DNA of 64,000 bases from Alphaproteobacteria bacterium (GTDB taxonomy: Bacteria; Pseudomonadota; Alphaproteobacteria; Rs-D84): assembly GCA_017472065.1 (NCBI GenBank), contig JAFURB010000007.1:64626-128625 (forward strand). The letters are read 5' to 3'. This document shows, piece after piece, positions 42,368-52,293 of the stretch (positions are counted from its first letter, which is position 1; every line of letters starts with the position of its first letter). Under the pieces are notes generated by a model. It ran no database searches. It had not been told where the DNA came from and saw only the letters and a program-made list of their open reading frames with translations. Both the position numbers and the translations under genes were made by a program.

Positions 42368-42680
42368 TTTGTAATTCCTTTATCCAATCAATAACAGTTT
42401 CTTCGTCCATAAGGCCACTGCGTGCCTCAACCAATTCGCCATCCTTGAATGCAAGTACCGACGGAATACTGCGGATGCCGTATTTCGCAGGTGTGCGTCG
42501 ATTGGATTCATCTATTTCAAATTTTACAAATGTAACATCGGATACTTTTTCAGATGCCGCCTCGAATATAGGACCGAACATACGGCATGGACCACACCAT
42601 GATGCCCAGAAATCAACCAATGTTATACCGTTGCCAATATATGTATCAATAGTTGCATCGTTTGCATGTACAAGTGCCAT
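42354..42680 (-). CDS. trxA: thioredoxin
   Basis: The start is taken at MALVHANDAT (42680). The active site is WASWCGPCRMF. Confidence 0.9.
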   Translation of the reverse strand: MALVHANDATIDTYIGNGITLVDFWASWCGPCRMFGPIFEAASEKVSDVTFVKFEIDESNRRTPAKYGIRSIPSVLAFKDGELVEARSGLMDEETVIDWIKELQNGNS

Positions 42681-42755
42681 CTTTTTCCCCTTTATAGTTA
42701 TTGATATTTGGCAAGAGTGTATTATAATCAGCGCAAAATGCAAGAGAAAAACAAA

Positions 42756-43847
42756 ATGAATAAATTCATATACTTAGACAGTGCTGCGACAATGCAAAAA
42801 TCAGATGCGGTTATTGATGCCCAGACGCATTTTTTGCGCGAAAAATACGCGAATTCTGGGCGCGGGGTTTGTATGCGGGTGGCCGCGGTTGATGATATGG
42901 TCCGTGACACGCGGCGCAGCATCGCAGAATTTATAAATGCAGATTATAGGGATGTTATATTTACATCGGGGACAACAGATTCTTTTAATCGAATCGTTAA
43001 TATATTAAAACTAAAGCCTTATACCGTTGTGGCGGTGTCTGATCTGGATCATCACAGTGCGCGGTTGCCGTTTCAAATGGCGGGCGCAAAAATTACTGTT
43101 TGCCCACTGGATGATAATATGAACATTGATATAGACAATGTGCCGTATGCAGATGTGTTTGTTGTGACGGCGATGTCTAATGTTTTAGGAATGCCCCAAG
43201 ATGTTGCGGCAATTGTGCGCGCGGCACGCGAAAAAAATCCAGATGTAATCGTGGTGGTTGATGCCGCGCAATATGTCGTGCATGAAAAAATAGATGTAAA
43301 AAAATGGGATTGTGATTTCTTGGCTTTTTCAGGGCATAAAATTGGTGCAGATACCGGTGTGGGGGTAATGTATATAAAAAATGCCGACGGATATCCCGCA
43401 GATAAATTCGGTGGTGGGATGGTTGAACGCCGTATATATGAAAATGACTTTTTATTTATGCGCGCCCCAGAAAAGTTTGAGGCCGGAACATTACCATTAA
43501 CACAAATATGTGGATTTGGGCGCGCGGTGCGTGAAATTCAAAGTGCACGCCCAGATTTGAATTTAATCAAATATCTTTATGATGAATTGTTAAAAATTAA
43601 TCGTGTGAAAATCTTAACACGGCGCGATGCATCGATGTTAAGTTTTATAATTGATGGGATGCATGTTCTGGATTTTGGGGCGATTGCAGGCGCGCATAAT
43701 ATATGTGTGCGTGTTGGTAATATGTGTGCGTCATGGATTCATCAGCACTTGAATATTGATGGTTCAATACGCGTGTCGGTTGGGCCATATAATACAAAAG
43801 ATGATATTGATTCATTTATTAGTGTTGTTCGGGGGTGTGTGAAATGA
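42756..43847 (+). CDS. sufS: cysteine desulfurase (class V aminotransferase, SufS-like)
   Basis: The start is at MNKFIYLDSAATM. The PLP lysine box is FSGHKIGADTGVGVMYI. It is followed by sufT/sufE-like genes. Confidence 0.8.
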   Translation: MNKFIYLDSAATMQKSDAVIDAQTHFLREKYANSGRGVCMRVAAVDDMVRDTRRSIAEFINADYRDVIFTSGTTDSFNRIVNILKLKPYTVVAVSDLDHHSARLPFQMAGAKITVCPLDDNMNIDIDNVPYADVFVVTAMSNVLGMPQDVAAIVRAAREKNPDVIVVVDAAQYVVHEKIDVKKWDCDFLAFSGHKIGADTGVGVMYIKNADGYPADKFGGGMVERRIYENDFLFMRAPEKFEAGTLPLTQICGFGRAVREIQSARPDLNLIKYLYDELLKINRVKILTRRDASMLSFIIDGMHVLDFGAIAGAHNICVRVGNMCASWIHQHLNIDGSIRVSVGPYNTKDDIDSFISVVRGCVK

Positions 43848-44158
43848 GTGTCACGCGCGATGATATAATTAATGCAATCAAAACTGTGTATGATCCAGAA
43901 ATCCCAGTTAATATTTGGGATTTAGGTTTGGTGTATAATATTGATATACAGGAAACGGAAATTGTTATAACGATGACTTTTACCAGTCCGACATGCCCAA
44001 TGATGGAAGAATTGATGTTACAACTGAAAGATGCAGTGCAAAATGTTTCGGGCGGGGTGCCGGTTCGTGTGGAACTGGTCTGGGATCCGCCATGGGATTT
44101 GTCGCGCATGTCTGATGTGGCGCGGTTGGAACTGGATTTAACAGAGCAGGGATGGTAA
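43835..44158 (+). CDS. Fe-S assembly DUF59/MIP18-family protein (SufT-like)
   Basis: 107 aa. IINAIKTVYDPEIPVNIWDLGLVY...FTSPTCPMME is a typical DUF59 pattern. Confidence 0.8.
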   Translation: MCEMSVTRDDIINAIKTVYDPEIPVNIWDLGLVYNIDIQETEIVITMTFTSPTCPMMEELMLQLKDAVQNVSGGVPVRVELVWDPPWDLSRMSDVARLELDLTEQGW

Positions 44159-44167
44159 AGACTACAA

Positions 44168-44530
44168 ATGACATATGCGGAAATAAAAAATATTTTGTTG
44201 GCGATTACAGACCCGGTGGAAAAACTGGAAATGGTCATGGATTTGGGGCGTACATTGGACCATGTGCCAGATGATGCCGCGTGTACGGAAATTCTGGGGT
44301 GTGCATCGCGTGTTGAAATATGTCGCAAAGGTAATGTGTTTTATGGTCGTGCCGATTCGGCATTGGTTCGTGGAATTGTTGCAATATTGATTGCGATGGT
44401 AAACCATAAAGACACAGATGAAATTCGCCAAATGGATATTGGGGGCGAATTTTCAATGCTGAATATAAACCTGGGGGCGGGGCGGCTAAATGGTCTGCAA
44501 TCTATGATTAGTTTTTTTCATAATTTATGA
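44168..44530 (+). CDS. sufE: SufE-like sulfur acceptor
   Basis: 120 aa containing the active-site Cys box ILGCASRVEI and GAGRLNGLQSMI. Confidence 0.75.
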   Translation: MTYAEIKNILLAITDPVEKLEMVMDLGRTLDHVPDDAACTEILGCASRVEICRKGNVFYGRADSALVRGIVAILIAMVNHKDTDEIRQMDIGGEFSMLNINLGAGRLNGLQSMISFFHNL

Positions 44531-44569
44531 TAGAATATATGGGAATAAAATGTTGGGGGGACGGCATCA

Positions 44570-44875
44570 ATGAGTGAAGATGAAAAAATGTTTCATATTG
44601 GTATATGGGCATTGTGTGGGGTGCTGTTTTTAACCATCGCATTACAGGTTTGTTATCGTACACAAAATCGTACACGAAATCATGTGCGGGCGGAAATCGT
44701 GCGTACACAGCAAGAAATCGCGGATGCTGCAACCAGATTCGAAGGATATAAACGCCCTGAGGTTTTAAGAAACCTGGTTGGTGGGGTTGTGCCAAATGCG
44801 GCTGCGATTGGATATCAGAAATCTGTGACCATTGATTCGTTGCCAGACAGGGATATGAAAAAGTCAGATGTTTGA
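44570..44875 (+). CDS. ftsL: probable cell division protein FtsL
   Basis: 101 aa with a single TM followed by a coiled-coil-like segment. It overlaps the ftsI start by 8 nt. The assignment rests mainly on position. Confidence 0.5.
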   Translation: MSEDEKMFHIGIWALCGVLFLTIALQVCYRTQNRTRNHVRAEIVRTQQEIADAATRFEGYKRPEVLRNLVGGVVPNAAAIGYQKSVTIDSLPDRDMKKSDV

Positions 44876-46493
44876 TGTTGGTAAAGATATTTTTAAGCGT
44901 GGATTTACCGGTATTCGTGGTGACGGTGCAGGGCGTGGCCGTATGCATGTTGTGTATTGGTGGTTGCGGTTGGCGTTCTTTGTATTTATTGGTTGGACAC
45001 TGTATCTGGGGATAAGTGGTACGGATAATACGCGTCGTGCGGTAACAGATGGTTCGTGGGCGGTTCATCGGGCAGATATTATCGACAGAAATGGCGATAT
45101 ATTGGCAAAAAATGTTATGTCGGGGCATATTGTGTTGCGTAATCGTGATGTCACAGACAAAGATGCCGTTGCGAATATGATTCATCGTGCAATGCCGTAT
45201 GAATACTCATTGAACGATGCAATTGATTTGGTTAATTCTTCACGTCGGTTTATATATTTGAAAAAATATGCCAGTGAATATCAGCGTGACATGATTAAAA
45301 AAGCCCGTTTGCGTGGTCTGGAAATAGAACCTGTTCAAGACAGAAAATATCCAAAAGGGCGGATGTTTTCGCATGCAGTTGGGTTTGTTGGTGGCGATGG
45401 TCGTGGTCTGGAGGGGGCCGAACGCACATACAATAAATATTTAACAGAAAATAAAGATGCATTGCAATTATCGTTGGATGCCCGTGTTCAGGCGGTGTTC
45501 TATGATCAATTGTCAATCGCGATGCAGACATATCGCGCAAAATCTGCGATGGGGATGTTGATGAATTCGCGTACCGGGGAAATTGTCGCAATGGTGTCGT
45601 TGCCAGATTATGATCCAGAAAATATATCCTTGGACCCGGCACGCAATCGTATGTTTATGCCGATGCGTGGTGTGTTTGAAATGGGGTCTATATTCAAAAT
45701 ATTTAATACGGCACTGGCATTGGAAAATGGTATTAACAAAGAATACTATGTCAAAGAACCGTTCCCAATCGAAGATAAATTTGGGCGCGTTGTTCACAGA
45801 ATTCGCGATATCCGCAGTTTTAAGCCACCACGACCACATTTGACGATTGAAGAAATTATGGTTCATTCTTGTAATGTTGGCAGCGCACAAATCGCAATGG
45901 ATTTGCCAGATGGTGCACAACGCGAATTCTTTGAAAAGTTACATTTTAACGAAGCGTTGGATTTAGAATTTGGACGCACAGAACGCAGTTTGATGCCGCA
46001 AAAATGGGGGCCGGTGGAACGCGCAACGATTTCTTTTGGACATGGGATGAGTGTTACACCAATGCATTTAATGTTGGCGGTAAATGCGGTGACAAATGGT
46101 GGTATCTATATTTATCCAACACTGCAAAAACGCGGTTTGGGGGTTGTGCGTGGTGAACGCGTCTTAAGTGAAGAGATTTCATCCCGCCTGCGCCAGATTA
46201 TGGTTCGCGTTAACGAAGAAACCAGTGGAAAAAAAGCGCGCATCGCGGGTATTGAAATTGGTGGTAAAACCGCAACTGCGGAAAAATACAGCAATGGTCG
46301 TGTTGATAATAAACGCAACCTGACGGCGTATGTGGGAATCTTTCCGGCCAGTGCGCCACAATATACAATTTTGGTAATACTGGACGAACCCCAGGCAACC
46401 AAGGATTCGTGGGGATGGAAAACAGCAGCCTGGAACGCAGTGCCAACAACGGGTAAGATTCTGGACAGCATACTGCCGTTGCTATTTGAATAA
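44868..46493 (+). CDS. ftsI: penicillin-binding protein (FtsI/PBP3-type transpeptidase)
   Basis: 541 aa with a TM anchor and the motifs SxxK (GSIFKIF), SxN (HSCN) and KTG (GGKTATA). Confidence 0.85.
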   Translation: MFDVGKDIFKRGFTGIRGDGAGRGRMHVVYWWLRLAFFVFIGWTLYLGISGTDNTRRAVTDGSWAVHRADIIDRNGDILAKNVMSGHIVLRNRDVTDKDAVANMIHRAMPYEYSLNDAIDLVNSSRRFIYLKKYASEYQRDMIKKARLRGLEIEPVQDRKYPKGRMFSHAVGFVGGDGRGLEGAERTYNKYLTENKDALQLSLDARVQAVFYDQLSIAMQTYRAKSAMGMLMNSRTGEIVAMVSLPDYDPENISLDPARNRMFMPMRGVFEMGSIFKIFNTALALENGINKEYYVKEPFPIEDKFGRVVHRIRDIRSFKPPRPHLTIEEIMVHSCNVGSAQIAMDLPDGAQREFFEKLHFNEALDLEFGRTERSLMPQKWGPVERATISFGHGMSVTPMHLMLAVNAVTNGGIYIYPTLQKRGLGVVRGERVLSEEISSRLRQIMVRVNEETSGKKARIAGIEIGGKTATAEKYSNGRVDNKRNLTAYVGIFPASAPQYTILVILDEPQATKDSWGWKTAAWNAVPTTGKILDSILPLLFE

Positions 46494-46536
46494 TTTTAGA
46501 TTATAATATTTCTGATAATAAAAAAAGAGTAAGCGC

Positions 46537-48285
46537 GTGAGAAGTATAGTAGAAAAATCCATGCTGGGCCAGGCATGGGTGTTGCCGGCATATTCAGATG
46601 ATGGTTTGCCATCACTGGATAATCTGGTGGATAGAATTTTAGCCAGTCGTGGAATTACTGATACGGAAAAATTTCTGAACCCCAGTATCAAGGAATATAT
46701 GCCAAATCCATCTGTGATGACTGATATGGATTTAGGGGCCAAGATAATTGCAGATGCCGTTGCAAATGGGGAAAAGATTGCGATATATGGTGATTATGAT
46801 GTAGATGGTATTACATCGACGGCGGTGTTTGTAAAATATCTGCGGGAAATAGGGGCGGATGTTATATGGCATTTACCAACCCGCGAAGGCGAAGGGTATG
46901 GATTAAATATTGCCGCAGTCCAAGAAATTTTCGATATGGGCGCACGATTGTTGGTTACCGTTGATTGTGGTATCAGTGGTATAGAAGAAGTTGCGTACGC
47001 AAAAAAAATCGGTATGCGCGTTGTTGTGACAGATCACCACTCGCCTGATTCTGTGTTGCCAGATGCAGATGCGGTTATTAACCCAAAACGTGGCGATGAT
47101 ACATCGGGACTGCAATATCTGGCCGGTGTTGGGGTGGCGTTTTTAACCGTTGTTGCATTAAATCGTGAATTAAAATCGCGCCAATTGTCAGCCGATATTG
47201 CGGGTAAGGTTGACGCATTAAACCTGATGAATTTTATGGATTTGGTTGCGTTGGGGACAATTTGCGACACGATGCCATTGGTTGGATTAAATCGTGCGTT
47301 TGTTGCGACGGGGCTGAAAGTTTTGGGGTTGCGGCAAAACCTGGGGTTGCGTGTGCTGATGGATATGGCGGGGATTAAAAAGCCGTCTGTGTATGCGGCG
47401 GGATTTGCGTTGGGACCGCGCTTAAATGCAGCTGGACGATTAGATTCGGCGTCACCGGCGCTGGAATTATTATTAACAGACAACCCATTAATTGCACATG
47501 ATTTGGCAGAAAAATTACACCAAATGAATCAGGATCGTATTGATATTCAAAATGCAATTATGTTGCGTGCGGTGGAAATGGCCGAACAATGCTGTGCCAA
47601 TGGAAATTGCAGTTTATTCTTGTGCGGTGATAATTGGCATGGTGGTGTTATGGGAATTATCGCAGGGCGCCTGAAGGATAAATATAATTTGCCATCATGT
47701 GTTGCAACCAAGGCCGATGGGGTAATTAACGGATCTGGACGTTCAATCCCGGGTGTTGATTTAGGAAAGATTATTCATGATGCATTGGCGGCCGGCATTG
47801 TATCCGAAGGTGGTGGCCATGCGGCGGCTGCTGGATTTTCATTGCTGGCAGAAAACGAAGATGCGTTTTGTAAATTCCTGGAAGATGCCGTGCGCGCACA
47901 ATTACATGGCCAGATGCCAATGCGTGAAATTGTGGTTGATGCAGAAATGGATGCCGGGGCCGCAACAATGCGATTGGTAAAAAAACTAAATGCGCTGGAA
48001 CCTTTTGGCCAGGGTAATCCAGAACCAACATTGGTATTGCATGGGGCAATGTTGCGACATGTGTCAACAATGGGAAATGGTTCGCATTTACGTGGAACGA
48101 TTGCAACCAGTGCTGGGACAAATGTATCCTTTGTCGGATTTAATTTGGTCGGGACTGCGGTGGGGGACTTTTTGCTGGACGATGGGAATATCAATGCTAA
48201 GATAATGATGTTAGGAAAGCTGAAGGAAAACGAATACAACGGACGTGTTTCGGCACAGTTTGTTTTGGAAGATATTGCGGTATAG
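46537..48285 (+). CDS. recJ: single-stranded-DNA-specific exonuclease RecJ
   Basis: 582 aa with DHH motifs (IYGDYDVDGITS, VTVDCG, VVTDHH) and a DHHA1 motif (GGGHAAAAG). Confidence 0.92.
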   Translation: MRSIVEKSMLGQAWVLPAYSDDGLPSLDNLVDRILASRGITDTEKFLNPSIKEYMPNPSVMTDMDLGAKIIADAVANGEKIAIYGDYDVDGITSTAVFVKYLREIGADVIWHLPTREGEGYGLNIAAVQEIFDMGARLLVTVDCGISGIEEVAYAKKIGMRVVVTDHHSPDSVLPDADAVINPKRGDDTSGLQYLAGVGVAFLTVVALNRELKSRQLSADIAGKVDALNLMNFMDLVALGTICDTMPLVGLNRAFVATGLKVLGLRQNLGLRVLMDMAGIKKPSVYAAGFALGPRLNAAGRLDSASPALELLLTDNPLIAHDLAEKLHQMNQDRIDIQNAIMLRAVEMAEQCCANGNCSLFLCGDNWHGGVMGIIAGRLKDKYNLPSCVATKADGVINGSGRSIPGVDLGKIIHDALAAGIVSEGGGHAAAAGFSLLAENEDAFCKFLEDAVRAQLHGQMPMREIVVDAEMDAGAATMRLVKKLNALEPFGQGNPEPTLVLHGAMLRHVSTMGNGSHLRGTIATSAGTNVSFVGFNLVGTAVGDFLLDDGNINAKIMMLGKLKENEYNGRVSAQFVLEDIAV

Positions 48286-48288
48286 GCT

Positions 48289-49245
48289 ATGGAAGAAAGT
48301 GTAAAAATTTTTATAGATAAAATTAAAAGTGCAAAAAATATTGCAATCATGGGACATAAAAATCCAGATGGCGATTCTTATTGCAGTGTGTTAGCGTTGG
48401 CAAAATTGATTGAAATAAATTATGGTGTGCGTCCAACGTGTGTATATGATGGCAATATCCCAGAATACTTGGATGAAATGCCAATGCGTTCGTGGATTAA
48501 GTATTATGAACGCGTCGATTTGGCCGAGGTTTATGATCTGGTAATTTTATTAGATTATGGCACGCCAAAGCATATCGGGGGGGCAAAGCCACTGGTTGAT
48601 AATGCGCGTTTTATCGTAGAAATAGACCATCATCAAAACGATGAAAAGTTGGGGATGTTGTGCATTGATGATGAAAATGCTGCCGCCGTGGGTCAGATAA
48701 TTTTTGAAATTATGAAATCTGCAAATTGGCAATTTGATAAGGATGTTTTGGATTTGTTGGCGGTTGCTATTATCACAGATACAGGAAATTTCAAGTTTGT
48801 ACGCGATGGTCGTGTTATGCAGATTATGGCGGAAATGGTTGAAAGTGGGGTTGTGTTGCGCCATCTGTTCGAAGCGTTGCGTAACAAACCACGCAAATCT
48901 GTTGTCGCAGAATCAGGGGCGGCATCACGCGCGCAATTCTTGTTTAAGGGCCGTTTGGCCATTGCGATTGTACCACACAAGGATTATAAATACCTTGACG
49001 GGCGCGGGGATACTGTATTGAATTTGCTGGGGTCGATTAAAGGGGTGGAATATATCGCGCTGCTTAAAGAACAAAAAGAAAATCAAACAGGTGTGTCGTT
49101 ACGCAGTCGTGGACAACCAGTCAATCATATTGCAGAGGCACTGGGGGGTGGGGGGCATATGTGCGCCGCCGGTGCGGTTGTGAACGATTCGGTCGAAAAT
49201 GTTCGTAATAGAATTGTTGAACTGTTTCAAGGGGAGTTAAAGTAG
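48289..49245 (+). CDS. nrnA: DHH-family phosphoesterase (NrnA-like oligoribonuclease/pAp phosphatase)
   Basis: 318 aa containing GHKNPDGDS, EIDHHQND and GGGGHMCAAG. Confidence 0.8.
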   Translation: MEESVKIFIDKIKSAKNIAIMGHKNPDGDSYCSVLALAKLIEINYGVRPTCVYDGNIPEYLDEMPMRSWIKYYERVDLAEVYDLVILLDYGTPKHIGGAKPLVDNARFIVEIDHHQNDEKLGMLCIDDENAAAVGQIIFEIMKSANWQFDKDVLDLLAVAIITDTGNFKFVRDGRVMQIMAEMVESGVVLRHLFEALRNKPRKSVVAESGAASRAQFLFKGRLAIAIVPHKDYKYLDGRGDTVLNLLGSIKGVEYIALLKEQKENQTGVSLRSRGQPVNHIAEALGGGGHMCAAGAVVNDSVENVRNRIVELFQGELK

Positions 49246-49247
49246 AT

Positions 49248-49859
49248 ATGAAAAAAGTTTTAATTCTTGTTTGTGCGATGTTTATTGGTGTGGCAAATGC
49301 CGCGGTTGATTCGTCGTTGGTGGTAAATGCAGAAAAGTATTTGAATTCAATTACAGGTCTGGCGGGGAAATTTGTGCAGACTGCAAATGGACACCAAGAA
49401 CGCGGTGATTTCGCAATGTTGCGTCCGGGACGGGTGCGCCTTGATTATGCAAATATGCCGGTTCAATTAATTTCAGATGGGGACGATTTATATTTCTTTG
49501 ATAAATCATTGGATCAAATTACAACTGTGCCATTGACCAGTACACCGGCCGGTATTTTGGTTCGGAAAAATATCGATTTGCGTAATGCAGATATTAATGT
49601 TGTTGAAACAGTTGATGATAAAAATGTTTTTTCACTAAAAATGAATTTGCGTGACCAAGAAGGTTTGGGCCATATGACCGTTGTATTTAATAAAAGTCCG
49701 GTTAAATTAAATTCTTGGTCGGTGGTTGATGCAACCGGTGCAAAAACAGATGTGGTGTTCAATGATTTGAAAACAAAAACAAATTTTGGACGCGACTATT
49801 TCCAGATTGGACGACACAAAACAGTCAGTACCAGTGGTGGCGATGAATACTATGACTAG
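49248..49859 (+). CDS. lolA: outer-membrane lipoprotein carrier LolA-like
   Basis: 203 aa with a signal peptide and the LolA pattern GKFVQT...GDFAMLRPGRVRLDY. Confidence 0.7.
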   Translation: MKKVLILVCAMFIGVANAAVDSSLVVNAEKYLNSITGLAGKFVQTANGHQERGDFAMLRPGRVRLDYANMPVQLISDGDDLYFFDKSLDQITTVPLTSTPAGILVRKNIDLRNADINVVETVDDKNVFSLKMNLRDQEGLGHMTVVFNKSPVKLNSWSVVDATGAKTDVVFNDLKTKTNFGRDYFQIGRHKTVSTSGGDEYYD

Positions 49860-49865
49860 GGCAAG

Positions 49866-50147
49866 ATGTTTGGGATAAGTTGGGCAGAATTCTTGGTTGT
49901 GGTTTTGGTTGCAGTGTTGGTAATACCGACACGCCATTGGCCAGATGTGGCGCGATTCTTGGCACGAGTGGTGAAATTTGTGCGTTCTGTTATGTGGCGG
50001 ATATCGGATGCAACCGAAAAAATCAAAGACCAAATTGAACGCGAATCGCCAATTGATGATTTAATAAAAACAACAACAGATGATATTTTGGCCGAAATTT
50101 CACAACCTATAAAAAAATCAGGGGGAAAAAGAAAATGCAAGAAATGA
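49866..50147 (+). CDS. tatB: twin-arginine translocase subunit TatB
   Basis: 93 aa beginning MFGISWAEFLVVVLVAVLVIPTRHWPDVAR. It lies directly upstream of, and overlaps, tatC. Confidence 0.8.
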   Translation: MFGISWAEFLVVVLVAVLVIPTRHWPDVARFLARVVKFVRSVMWRISDATEKIKDQIERESPIDDLIKTTTDDILAEISQPIKKSGGKRKCKK

Positions 50148-50842
50148 CCCTGATGCAGCATTTTGCAGAACTGCGCCGCCGTGTATTGTACTTGGCATTG
50201 ATATTCGTTGTAAGTTTCTTTGTCGGAGTATATTTATCCCCAATGATTCAGGAATTTTTAACCGCACCATTATTAAATGTGTGGCCGAATGGGGCGTTGC
50301 AATATAATGGGCTGTCAGATGGTATGATGATAAGTTTTTCATTAGGGGTTACATTTGCGTTACTGGTATCATTGCCGATTGCGATGTGGCATGTTTGGGC
50401 ATATGTTGCGCCGGGCTTGAAAAACAAAGAACGTGATTTTATATGGCCGTTTTTAGTTATGTCGCCGGTGTTGTTTCTAATTGGGATGGCGTTCGCGTTT
50501 TATGTGTTGTTCCCGGTCGTGTTTGGGTTCTTTGTGGAACTGAATCTGGATGCGCCTGTGCCGGCAATGATTATGCCGGCGGCGCGCGATTATCTGGGGG
50601 TGGCAATCGGGTTGCTAAAGGTTTTTGGGGTGGCGTTTCAATTGCCGTTGATATTGGTATTACTGAATCGAATAGGGGTGTTATCGCGCAATCGTGTGGT
50701 GAAATTTCGTCGGTATGCAATTGTCTTGATTGCGGTGGCGGCGGCGATTCTTACACCGCCAGATGTGGTCAGTCAAATTTTATTAGCCATACCATTATGG
50801 TTGCTATTTGAAATCAGTATTTTATTCATGCGACATGATTGA
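50135..50842 (+). CDS. tatC: twin-arginine translocase subunit TatC
   Basis: 235 aa and 6 TM, containing HFAELRRRVLY and TPPDVVSQILLAIPLWLLFE. Confidence 0.9.
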   Translation: MQEMTLMQHFAELRRRVLYLALIFVVSFFVGVYLSPMIQEFLTAPLLNVWPNGALQYNGLSDGMMISFSLGVTFALLVSLPIAMWHVWAYVAPGLKNKERDFIWPFLVMSPVLFLIGMAFAFYVLFPVVFGFFVELNLDAPVPAMIMPAARDYLGVAIGLLKVFGVAFQLPLILVLLNRIGVLSRNRVVKFRRYAIVLIAVAAAILTPPDVVSQILLAIPLWLLFEISILFMRHD

Positions 50843-50862
50843 TTTTATGATATAATTGATGT

Positions 50863-52224
50863 GTGAAAAAATTCGGTCTATTTTTTTGTGCATGTGTTAC
50901 GCCTGTGTTGGTCGGGTGTGATTTACAACCACAAATTTTATCGTTACCAGATACAGTTGGTGAATTTATTTCGACACGATATCCGGCATTGCTGGCCGAT
51001 CCAAATGCAAATCCAGAAATTTATGCGTCGGCGGCAACGGACTATGGCATATATGCGTCGCCTGACTTGTATGGAACTGGTGCGGTGTCAATGGATGATT
51101 ATGTTATGTATGCGTCGGTTGATGACTATATTATTCCACCCCAGGTACAAGATGAACAAGAACCAACACAAAAAGAACAAGATGTAACAGAACCGGTTGT
51201 TGTTGCAGAATATCAATCACCAGACGGTGGGGAAAATGTCGAGTTGGCAACACCGCAACAGTCAGATGAATATATCCGCGTGCCAATGTATGGTGGTGTG
51301 ACAGATGTAAAGTCAAATGATATTGTTGTGGCGCGCGGCGATACGATGTATTCTTTGGCGCGCAAGCATGGTACGAGTGTTGATGAATTGGCACGGGTGA
51401 ATAATTTAAGTGCGCCGTATGTTTTGTCTGTGGGACAGAAACTGAAATTGCCAGGTGGGGCGCCGTCAATAACAACATCGGCAAAGCCAGATGTTATTTC
51501 TGTGCCGGTTAAAAAGGCCACAGGCGTCCAGACGACAACACGTGTTGCATTGGCGGATATAACGGTTGGGCCGGGGGATACATTGTATTCTATTTCACGA
51601 AAGTATTCTGTGCCGGTTAATGATTTAGCAGTAATGAACAGGTTAAAGGCACCGTTTACATTGTCTGTGGGACAGAAACTAAAAGTTCCAAATTTGAAAA
51701 GTGCAAATGTTAAAACACAATCCGTATCACAGGGGGGCAAAGTTGATGCATCAAAGACAGAAAAAGTAGCCACCACACCGGTTAAGACAGAAACAAAAAA
51801 GATTTCATCAGATCCGTCAAAAAAATTGCCAAAGATAACGGCACGGTCTTCATCTAAATTTTCGTGGCCAGTGCGTGGAAAAATTTTGTCTAATTATGGG
51901 GCAAAACCCAGCGGATTGTTTAATGATGGTATAAACATCAGCGCCGCACGCGGAACCGCGGTCAAGGCCGCAGAAAATGGTGTGGTCGCATATGCCGGGA
52001 ACGAGGTTAAGGGTATGGGAAACCTGATTATTATTCAACACGCGGGCGGTTGGATGACGGTGTATGCACATCTGGATTCGTTGGCGGTTAAGCGCGGTGC
52101 GCGTGTAAGTGTTGGTCAAAAAATTGGTGGTGTTGGCAGTACTGGCAAAGTAGATGTGCCACAATTACACTTTGAAATACGCAAGGGAACCAAGGCATAC
52201 AATCCATCGGCTTATTTGAAATAA
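50863..52224 (+). CDS. LysM-domain M23 metallopeptidase (NlpD-like)
   Basis: 453 aa with a GTG start and a lipobox-like LVGC. It has two LysM repeats (GDTMYSLARKHGTSVDELARVNNL; GDTLYSISRKYSVPVNDLAVMNRL) and an M23 core (IIIQHAGGWMTVYAHL, LHFEIRKG). Confidence 0.85.
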   Translation: MKKFGLFFCACVTPVLVGCDLQPQILSLPDTVGEFISTRYPALLADPNANPEIYASAATDYGIYASPDLYGTGAVSMDDYVMYASVDDYIIPPQVQDEQEPTQKEQDVTEPVVVAEYQSPDGGENVELATPQQSDEYIRVPMYGGVTDVKSNDIVVARGDTMYSLARKHGTSVDELARVNNLSAPYVLSVGQKLKLPGGAPSITTSAKPDVISVPVKKATGVQTTTRVALADITVGPGDTLYSISRKYSVPVNDLAVMNRLKAPFTLSVGQKLKVPNLKSANVKTQSVSQGGKVDASKTEKVATTPVKTETKKISSDPSKKLPKITARSSSKFSWPVRGKILSNYGAKPSGLFNDGINISAARGTAVKAAENGVVAYAGNEVKGMGNLIIIQHAGGWMTVYAHLDSLAVKRGARVSVGQKIGGVGSTGKVDVPQLHFEIRKGTKAYNPSAYLK

Positions 52225-52293
52225 TGTGAATAGTGTCGTATAAATTTACATCCCCCCATTATGATAAAGTCATATCAAATGGGGGATTTTGTT

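Noticed and set aside
44508-45185. 225-aa minus-strand ORF over ftsL and the ftsI 5' end.
   Set aside because: It is a shadow ORF opposite confident genes and has no motifs.
47775-48350. 191-aa minus-strand ORF over the recJ 3' end.
   Set aside because: It is a shadow ORF opposite recJ.
51213-51776. 187-aa minus-strand ORF opposite the LysM/M23 gene.
   Set aside because: It is a shadow ORF opposite a confident CDS.
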